Below the pieces are notes generated by a model. The model searched no databases. It was not told the origin of the DNA and saw only the letters and a list, made by a program, of their open reading frames with translations. 64,000 bases of DNA from Selaginella moellendorffii (lineage: Eukaryota > Plantae > Lycopodiophyta): assembly GCF_000143415.4 (NCBI RefSeq), contig NW_003314312.1:611510-675509 (forward strand). Direction: 5' to 3'. The translations under genes and the position numbers were made by a program. Shown piece by piece: positions 38,301 to 48,502 of the stretch. Numbering within the stretch: the first letter of the stretch is position 1; each line of letters begins with the position of its first letter.

Positions 38301-39684
38301 GGGTATACTCACCTTATAATCCCACACGTTGGGATTACTGTTGTTACTTATGGGTCTTTATATGCCCATCACTAGCCTTGCCAAAATCCCTTTTTGGCTT
38401 TGTCCTATTTAGGTAGACGGATTTCCCCTGTCTCCGCAACCTTGGACATTTGGATAGCACTTTTTATCTATCATTCACTAAGGACTTTGTCCCTTAGGCC
38501 TTATCCGTGCCCTCACGACCCAAACACCACCTCCTAGTGTTCTAGAGTGCTTCAGTGTCCCAATGATGGCTTCTTTGACAATGAACATTCCTTTTACGAC
38601 ATTGACTTACTATCGCAACATAAGCAATTTCTCCCCCATAAGGGTATATCTAACTTCCTTATCCCAATAAGAAGTCTTAGGTAGTTGCCTTCTACCAGTT
38701 TAACAATTTATTTTGCACCTTTTGCTTAGTTGCCTCATAGTTGTCAAGTCCTACAAGTCATTGCTAGTGCTTCCACACCTCTATCATTATCTGGGTCACC
38801 ACACTCTAACCTCATGCCTTCCAGCATAGGCTATAATATTCCCATTTCCATTGGGATTCCTTTGGAAGGGGTTCCCATAAACCCGCCAACTTGAACTCAA
38901 GGCAGCACGCCTTGGCACCTTCGGTGTCTCCACACCATCGGCTCCACGAGCATATCCTTATAACACTACTTATTAGTGTTTAGGTTTTTGCCAAGACCAA
39001 TATAGTTGTTCCTCATGCTAACTATCCGTTAGCACCGCACCATAGTGTTTGCACCCAATTTTAGGCCAAAGTTGCTTTCTTCTGGGAACATCTTTCCCAC
39101 CACTTTAATATGGCACATTCTGCCATCAATGAGATACTCACTGTTCTCATACTTGGATCTTATGATCCTCCCCATACCTCATGGGGCACCATACACTTCC
39201 GTCCAAATGCTTCAACCAATCTTGTAGGACCATTCCCTGACTAAGCTCTATTTCGTTAAAGTGGGAATTGTCATTATCCCACTTGTAAAATAAGGTTTCC
39301 AAACCTTTATATAGTATATAAATATAACAAAATTCAACTGCATTGAGGCACATGCCATTTTATTTTAAACAAGGAAATATCTACTTAATCACTTCTCCTC
39401 CCCCTGCCACTGCTTCACCTCTCTCTTCTCCTTGTCATCGTCATCCAATTTCTTTCCATCCTTTTAATATTGGCTTAGTTGCTCCAAGTCTAGGTGGAGC
39501 CCAAGTCCCCATTCAATCTTTACTTTCCCCTTATTAATAAAACAACTTCGTAAACTTCCAATAACGTGCTGTAACACTTCTAGTATAATGCAAATCCTCT
39601 CAAAGAATTGTCTTTTAATATTAATACAATGGCATGGAACCCCATGCTATAATAAGTTACATTTTTAAATAAATACATGCCATC

Positions 39685-42600
39685 TCAGATTGTTATTTTT
39701 TGCCTCCAACGCCTATACAATAATCTTGGAATTTCATCACTCTCCACACTATCAGGATTTAAACCCAATAGTAATGCCATCTCTTCTCTAATACGTCCAC
39801 GCTCATGTTCAGTGGTCGAAGAAACCATCCGGTTGAGCAGATTATGGAGATGCGGATAGTGCTTGGCTAAACAATATACATGCCATAAATGATGACTGGT
39901 GTCTGTCCGATCAAATGGCTTCTGATATACTATTCCATCTGCCATTTGGTTGATTTCTGCAGCCACCTCCTAGACTGGCCGGTTCTCTATCACCATCGCT
40001 CCAAGCCGTTTTGCAAGGTCCCCCAGAACATACGGTTTCTTCTCCCTAGTTTCCATACTGCAAGAGATGGGGTGCACTGCATATGTGTGCGTGTTCATTG
40101 CAGTTTTAATCGGCGAGTCATCGATGATGAGGATTTCACTTGACTAGCAGTCCGGTTCATCACTACAGCCTCTGGCTTGACGAAGATGGGCTTGCTACCC
40201 CTCACATGGACCATAGTCAAGCAATCCTCCTGCGTTAGGAGAAAGTCAAATGATAATATTACTCGCGTCTGATCATGCATCATCTGTAGCAATGTTAATG
40301 CATTGTGGTGCATCATGGATGTCCAAACTCCCAATTGCAAATTGAACCCGGCCCTCTGTTTTAAGTGTCGCATGGTCATTATTAGATCCCGTAGTTTCTC
40401 CCGTGTGATTAATGTGAATCTGTCTCTTTTGACCAACTTGCGACCGCAGGCTTTGGAGGGTGTAGTGACATTTGAGGACGAGCCACACTCATGGGAGAAA
40501 AGGACACCGTTCAGATCAAAAACGATACAGTACCTTCGCCGTGACTCTGAAATGAAATGTGTCAGCATAAAAAATGGTACAAGTCAAATTTACCATCTAC
40601 AATATTAGCGAATGGTGCTCCCGATGGTCGTTGAGAGGGTTTTGGTCGAGGAAACGTGAAGGGCGAAAATACTCTCCTTTGCAATGTGGGGTCAATCGCA
40701 TCCGATGGCGTGTGGGCACATGCCATTTCAGCTGTAGACTCTGGTACAACTAGCTCAACAGTGGCATGGGGTGGTTCCGATGGCGTGTGATCACACGCCA
40801 TTTCAGCTGGTGCCTTCGTTGGCAAAGTGGACATGACCGAACAGGCAACAGGGGCGGTGTAGGGAGGTTCCAACGGCGCGTAGTCAGATGATTGGGCACA
40901 CGTTGAGTCCGTTGGAAATGAGGATACGACCGGCTTGGCGGCTGGGGCGGCCTCATGCGGGTCCAATGGCGCCTGGTCACCGTCAGTTGGATACGTGGAC
41001 AAGATTGACTCAGTGGTATGGGCAGCATCAAGTGGAGCATGGTCAGCTTGCTTGGCATTGATATGGATAGTAGCCTCCACCAGCTCTGATGACTCTTGCA
41101 GGCAAGTAGAGTCCACTTGCGGATCCATATGCATGTCCAAATATCTCCCTTCGATTGAGATGGTATCCTCCCTACTGGCTACTAAAAACAAACTCATTAG
41201 CACATTGAATCGACTATACTGTATTTACCATCAACTGCTATTGAGGAACTAGGACCGATATCACTTGGGCGCACTGCTGATTCTGAAGGATTAGACATAC
41301 ATTTCGACCCTTGCTTGGCACTATCCTTCCTCGACACTAAAGGCTAGAGTTTGTATCTTAATTCAACTGAATAATCTCTACTTACCATTTGCTTTGCGAC
41401 CTACATAGACAATGTTAGAAATGGTAAAAGGTTAGGAATGGATGTACTATTATTTTCCTGATGGTTTGTCTTGTATGACCTTCCTCTGTTGCTCTTTGGC
41501 CACCTCAGGCTGGCCATCATCGTCATCATCGTCGTCGTCGTTATTGTGATCATCACCATTGTGAGGACCATCCATGTCCTCTTCATCCTCCTCTTCTTCG
41601 TCCTCCTCTTCTTTGTCCTCCTCTTCGTCCTTCTGCTCTTCCTGCTCATTATCTTTCTTTGGCTCCTCATGCCCCTCCTGCATTTCTTCCATAGGCTGCT
41701 CAGGCTGGATGGCTTGTTCTTCCAGGACCATCTTGGGAAAATCATCTGGCTGAGTCTCCATCTCAAAATACAAGACATCCATAGCCTGTTTTAGTGCGTG
41801 ACCTAGGACTGTATCCTCACCCGACTGTCTTAACATGGTTTCTGCACGTTCTTGCACCCTTCAAAGACGACAAGATGAGAAAAACGTGGCCCTGACTTGA
41901 AAAGCATCCCTCATCCATTGTACCTCTCCATTGAGATTGGGGAAGGGGAGTCCGCCATAGGAATCTGAGTCAGGAGGTGGTGACTGGCTGCTTTCACTCA
42001 GCCCTTGATCTGCAATGAATGGCATGAGCACACACGCCATAACCCGAGGCATTACCTATCATCTTTTCATTGCCCTTCTTCCTTTTCGAATCAAACGCCT
42101 CTGATCCCGACGACTGTCCAACGTGCTTTTGCTTTTTATGACCACTGTCAGTTTGAGCTTGGCTGGTGCTTGCCTATTTTGCCTTTGAAGAAGTGTCTCC
42201 TGCAAGGAATGGCATGAGACCACACGCCATTGCAAATATAATTTGTACCTCCTTTTTTCCTATTGCTTGTCTGTTTGTCCTTCTTCGACGCGCCACCAGT
42301 GCGCTTTTCAGTCCTTGTGTCTAAATATTCACAACGATCTATAATCAAAATGGCGTGAGGCCTCACGTGACTTTACCTTGTGCAGGTTGTGAGCTCGGCC
42401 CAACATGGGTATCTTCAACAGTAGCTGTTAACGCCGTTTCAGCATCTGGGGGTGGCCACGCTCCTGCATACAGAGCTTGTGAGATAACATTTAAACTTAA
42501 AGTGCGTACTCACCAGGTTCGTAGAAAAGATACTATTTTTCTTTGGCAACTGTAATTATATGCTCCATTGAAGTCACCTCTTCAATGGAGTTTGTCACCG

Positions 42601-45312
42601 CAACACACGGGACACCCTTGAGTAGTGCGGCTCGAAAGAATAGTCCGCCGCAGTTGTACTCGACAACGCATTTGCCCTTGGAGTCGGAAGCAAGTGACCC
42701 ACCCGCTATTGCGTTGAAGACCCAGCTGAGCATTTCCCATGCTGCACCTGGAGCTTTCTCTGGATTCGAAAGCTCCATAGCCGTCTTCAGTTCCTCAGGC
42801 ACGGGTAAATTGACCTCCCTCAAATCAATTCGATCGGCCTTGTCGAACGAAGCTGGGAAGTCACTCCAGTCCCACTCTGCTGCAGGACCAATAACAAGGG
42901 CGAGTGTGAAGATGCGGACATTCGTCGGTATCTTCTTCTTAGCCATTATCCCATGGATCTCCTGCATTTCCTTGCCTTTCAACCGAGCCTTCACCTCGTT
43001 CAAGGCCTTCCAGAACTTGTGATAGGATTCGGAGTCGTAGATCATATAGTTGACTGAAGATTCCACCTCCGCAAGTCCCACCATTAAGTCAATGATGGAG
43101 CTGACTTCGTCTGCATGAGTGATCTCCTCATTTGTGAAGTCCATCACACAAAAGATGTTCTTGACCTGCTCATCTCCACGGGAAACGATGCTCCTCCACC
43201 TTTGATCCTCATCCGAATTCATGTATACCCGGTAAGGTTCTCGATAGGCCTCTGCTGCGGGGTCGAGCTGTTTCTGAAGCCGGCGGTCGATATCCCTCTT
43301 AATGAAATTTGGATACTGATCCAACTTCTCAGCTTTACTTTTCGTGGCATCCCGCAGCAGATCGATGAACTTGGGGGCCCCCTTCACGTACTTGTCGATG
43401 TCTTCATTTGACAACTCCAGCTCTTCCATCATCTCTTGCGTGGTGTCGATGCTCACCCTCTCCACGGCCACTTGCTCGAAGATCTAATCCTTCAATAGCG
43501 CACGAGCTCTCAGAGTCGTGCACAAGTCCTCGTATGTCACAATATGGCCGGGAGTCATTTTGGTCTTATTGAAGACTACCTCACCACGTAGAAGAGCATT
43601 AGCCACTGTCAGAAGGTCGTCGTCATCTAGAGACCGCGAGAAACGCAAGGCGTTGAGCTTCAAATCATTGAGCTTCCGGCCGTCCTCCACACCCATTGAG
43701 TTTAGCAACTCCCCATCATAGTACCTCCTCAGCACATCTACCCATTTGTCAAAAACAACTTTTGTCGCGAGTAGAATGTTATGGATGCTGAGTGTGTCAT
43801 TGACCTCCAGTGTTTTCGAGAGAAGACTCGAGAATTCCTGCAATGGAAATGGCGTGAGGCCACATGCTATGCCACATGCAACGAGGCTTACCTGCCAGGC
43901 GCTAGTTGCTAGTGCACGTCCTTGTCCTGGTTTTTGTGGCTTCTTCAGTTGAACCCAGAGCTTCCGTGTTCGTGCCAATGTCTTGTGCAGACCCGATTTG
44001 TAGCACGTTTCTTGCTTGACATTCTGCGCGTGGGAGATGGATATGATAGATCGGAGGGGCGAGTTGCCTTTTATCAGGCGGACAACTCTTGTTTTGAAGA
44101 CTTTCTTCACCTCCTCACCCACCATAATATCCACAACTATCTCTTGCATCGCCAAGCTAGAATGCTGCCCGGAGATGGCATAGAACCGGATGTTCTGATC
44201 GTCCAACACCTTCCTATTGATCAAGTCTGGAAACCTCGTCTCGCCCTTCATTGTTCGGTAGTAGGGGATCACATCTGCGATGTCGGGTGTTACTGGACTT
44301 GCCAGCATCTTTTGTTTCAGTTTCTCCACCCACTCATCAGATACTAGCCTGTGGTTATATTTGCTTTGGATGTCGATACGGCTCATGTCGATTGTATATA
44401 CTTTGTTGGAATAGTAACAAGTACTATTATCTGCGACGATTTTTGCTGCCTCTTCTTGCTCTTTCTGCTCTTTGCGGCTCTTCTTTTTGGTGGGTGTAGT
44501 GTTCGAACCCGAGGCAATGGCATCACCGAGTAGCTTCTTTTTTGGAGCAGGAGAGTCGGACGTCGGCTTGAGCTTGACCACCCTTTTTTGCTTCGGGGTA
44601 GTTTCCAGATCGACCCCCTTCCCCTTCGCTTCGCGAACTGGAGGCACTCTCAACGACTCAATGTTGGAATATAGTTTTTGAACACTGCCGTAGGTGAGGT
44701 CTGTGGATTCCATGTGATCTTCATAGACCCGCAGCGTCTTTGAAATTGTGGGCCTCCTGGACAACCTCTCCCTAGCTCCCTCTAGGAATTCCTCATAGCC
44801 GCTGCCCCCCTCCGGGAAGCCGCTAGGATGTGCAAGGTGGATCTTGAAGGCGGACGCTGTCTCTACCACAAGTGCCAGTCCATATTCTTGCATGAAACTG
44901 CATGGAGTGTCTGTCACTTGGATGAGGATCCCCATGCATTCTTTTCTCCCACCATTTGTGTTGTACAGCCTCAGATCCTCACCTTCCATCCCGAAAGTCC
45001 AACTGGTGAGCTCCTCCCCCTTCTCTACATCCACATTGACAGTGGCTGGAAGAAGAACGCAATTCCTCGCCTGTTCAGAAATGCACAACAATTAGAGCTG
45101 ACAGATGAAAAGCTAGCAGCTGGAAATAACGTGAGGCCACACGCCATTCACCACTGCATCAGATGTCTTGAGGCTGCATCCTAAGATGGCGTGAGGCTAC
45201 ACGCCATCTGTAACCAGACTGCACTCGAGAGCCTAATCGGTGCATGCCAATGTTGCTACTGAATGGCATGTGGCCTCATGCCATTTTCTACTTGGCCTAA
45301 AAGACTTACCAT
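39685..45312 (-). pseudogene. Multi-exon transposon cargo gene: ParB/Srx-like domain (~44020-44410), degenerate amino-MTase-like domain (~42560-43170), acidic/low-complexity linker, FCP1/NIF-like HAD phosphatase domain (~39990-40535)
   Basis: GT-AG introns at 45071-45309, 43838-43891, 42464-42513, 42321(or 42339)-42376, 42200-42248 and 42010-42055 join the ORFs in frame; more small introns at ~40545-40590 and ~41185-41450. Motifs: IDMSRIDIQSKYNHRLVSDEWVEKLKQKM..FYAISGQHS; PEKAPG..GKCVVEYNCGG..AALLKGVPCVAV; YCIVFDLNGVL..GVWTSMMHHN..KPIFVK..(frameshift ~40140) ILIIDDSPIK. In-frame TAGs at 43484, 42533, 42174, 39970. Linkage across 41185-41900 is less certain. Confidence 0.65.
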
Positions 45313-45954
45313 TTGAAGCCGAATGGAGGCGTGACAATCGAGGCTGGACTCGCTGGCGAATGTGCACTGTGTGTGCAACGGATCGTAGCAGCAAGGCTAC
45401 TCTGCCACTTACAGTTGGAGAGTGGCGCTGAAATCTCCCGGGACGCCAAGTGGGCTGCGTGTGGGTGGCGGAGTGGGCGGCGGAGTTGGCGGCGAAGTTA
45501 CAAACTGGGTGTGTCTTGAAGTGGACGCCGATGCACACGAGTGCAATGCGAGCGCGAGTGTGATGCAAGCGCGAGTGGAAGCCGATGCACACGAGAAACC
45601 TGTAGAGAAGGTAGATGAGCGCGAATGTGAGCGTGATTGCGATGCGAGCGCGAGTACGACGCAAAACCTAACCTCACACGCGCGAAATGTCACAACAGTT
45701 GGTAATCCCGCCACGTCATCATTCCTCGGACTTGGGCGCCACCATTAATTTCTGGATCGCCGCGCGCATGCATGCACGTGAAATGCAAAAGAAATCCGCA
45801 ACGTCATCATTCCTCAGACTGCATGCACGCGAAATCCAAAAGAAAGATCATGATTGGGATATCATTTAATACCCTCGCTATATTTATACCATGCATGATT
45901 GGATATTCCAAAACATCTTGTATTTCCAAAAATGCTAGATGTTCAGCTAAATAA

Positions 45955-47883
45955 AGAATGGTATACAATGTCCTTCTTGATGACCCTGCAAAGAAGCATC
46001 TCGATCGGACACCACATGAGACCACACGAGCCTTACAATGTTTCAGGGGCATTTGCCATAGATCCGACTGTTATTTTGCTCCAAGATTCTACAGTTTGGT
46101 GTGCATTGACCTTTCCATCGACACTGCAAAGGGACATCACAATCAGATGCGGGATCACAAGAAACCAACTTCACTAACTCTGGTTTCACCAAGATCTACG
46201 TAAGGAGTTATGAAATGAAAGGACCCTTCTATTGAAATGTGTTTATGGTCCTAGGGGCATTGTGACATATCAAAGGATTTTGCATCAAGTTCTGTATTTG
46301 CATGTTTATCAAGCTACTGAATTGCTAAACCCTAAACCCTAAACCCTAAACATGTGGCAAATGCTGCGTGAAGAAAGATGCCCTTTTTGGGCAAATGTTG
46401 TAAGAGGCAGATGCCGAGCAGTTACACGGCGAATAATCTTGGCGCGGATCGCTGACATAGGATGGCAAAGTTCGAATCACTGACATGGCACAGCTGGATC
46501 GAGGCAAGGACATGATGTGACAAAGTTCAACGTTCGACAGCAAAGTCTAGAAGCTACTCAGTTTGAAATTTGTAAGAGGAATTATAAGATCTAGTTTGTC
46601 AGAGGATTTGATATGACGTTCAAGCGTGTGGGCTCATGCAATTTTGATCCTAAAAAATGCACCAAAAAATGCTCGGCATCATCTGGCGTTATCTCTTGAA
46701 TGGCGTGGGGCCGCATGCCATTTTCAGGGGCACATAGAAGTATATTCCTAGAATATTCTGACACGCGTTTTGAGTTTTCTAGAGATCCAACCGTTAGATC
46801 GCAACTAGATTTTATAGAATGGTATACAATGTCTTTCTTGATGACCCTACAAAGAAGCATCTCGATCGGACACCACATGAGACCACACGAGCCTTACAAT
46901 GTTTCAGGGGCATTTGCCATAGATCCGACCGTTATTTTGCTCCAAGATTTTACAGTTTGGTGTGCATTGACCTTTCCATCGACACTGCAAAGGGACATCA
47001 CAATCAGATGTGGGATCACAAGAAACCAACTTCACTAACTCTGGTTTCACCAAGATCTATGTAAGGAGTTATGAAATGAAAGGACCCTCTCTATTGAAAT
47101 GTGTTTATGGTCTTAGGGGCATTGTGACATATCAAAGGATTTTGCATCAAGTTCTGTATTTGCATGTTTATCAAGCTACTGAATTGCTAAACCCTAAACC
47201 CTAAACATGTGGCAAATGCTGCGTGAAGAAAGATGCCCTTTCTGGGCAAATGCTGTAAGAGGCAGATGCCGAGCAGATGTATCTCAGGCTAGCGAAGGGG
47301 ACAAATGAAAGCTAGCTATAAACATGACGGGATGCAAATAGATTACTAGGCTGGTCCTACGAAAATCAAAAACCATAATTGAAAACATTGAAAATGCAAA
47401 AAGAAAGGTTTATAATATTTTTGAATTTTAAGCAACCAAAGGAATGTAAGTAGGGCATGTGTTTGTAAGTTTAAAAATGCCTCAACCACTTAAATTCCCA
47501 AGTAAATAAAGCTGTTTTTCTATTTTTGGTACAGGTAAACTTTATAGTGTGTGGGCTCATGCAATTTTGAACCCAAAAATGCACCAAAAAATGCTCGACT
47601 AGCATTATTCTTTGAATGGCGTGTGGCCTTATATTGCCATAAATAGACGTACACACACAGCATAATTATTCCTTTACACGGCGAATAATCTTGGCGTGGA
47701 TCGTTGACATGGCATGGCAAAGTTCGAATCACTGACATGGCACAGCTGGATCGAGGCAAGGACATGATGTGACAAAGTTCAACCTCCGACAGCAAAGTCT
47801 AGAAGCTACTCAGTTTGAAATTTGTCAGAGGAATCATAAGATCTGGTTTGTCAGAGGATTTGATGTGACGTTCAAGCGTGTGT
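45955..47883. repeat. Mosaic direct duplication in the bidirectional intergenic region (45955-46421 ~ 46816-47277; 46422-46630 ~ 47674-47883; 46626-46720 ~ 47549-47640)
   Basis: Near-identical sequence; duplicate ORF translations (EWYTMSFLMTLQRS..., MLSxVELCHIMS...). Confidence 0.9.
46325..46351 (+). promoter_or_regulatory. Plant telomeric repeat / telo-box (AAACCCT)x3
   Basis: ctaaaccctaaaccctaaaccctaaac; second copy x2 at 47187-47206; located between divergent genes. Confidence 0.6.
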
Positions 47884-48502
47884 TATTTTTGAATTCTCGA
47901 ACTCATTCCTAGGTCTATCATTTTTGTGCACCGTGTTCTTGGTTCCGCTGAGCGCAGTGAGCGCTGCTTGTGTAAGCGGCATTGTGAGCTGTGGTTTATG
48001 CATCTACGAGCGGTTGCGGCATTGCGAGCGCTATTGCGAGCAGCAGTTTATGCGAGTGGCAGTTTGTGCGAGCGGCGCTACGAGCAGTTGCGGTGTTGCG
48101 AGTGGCGCTACGAGTAGTTGCGGTGTTGCGAGCGGCACTGTCTTTGGTGTGGCTACCGCTTCCTCTTGATATTCGGCACTTGTGCTTCCTGGTATGTTCA
48201 CCATGGAATGGCTTAGGACCACATTTAGAAATGGCATGAGGCCACATGCCATCTTGGGCCCTTGCAATTTCATGGCTAGCGTATTGTCATGTATGTTTTT
48301 ACTTGCCTGCAGCTGTATGTATATCAAGATGGCATGAGGCCTCATGCCAATTTTGTGAATGCAAAATTTTACGTGGGTGTCAATAGCATGTTTGAATAAT
48401 GACATGTGGCCTCATGCTATTGAGGTTGTTTGGTATGTTATGATTTATGCCATTCTCCAATCATTTTTTGTATGGTCTTAACTTCTTTTCTGCACTTTCA
48501 GA

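Noticed and set aside
42533-43471. Active DNA methyltransferase
   Set aside because: No DPPY/SPPY/NPPY catalytic motif, and the FxGxG motif is degenerate; at most an inactive fold.
46325-46351. Chromosome end or healed break marked by telomere repeats
   Set aside because: Only 2-3 units, internal to a duplicated module; better read as a telo-box.
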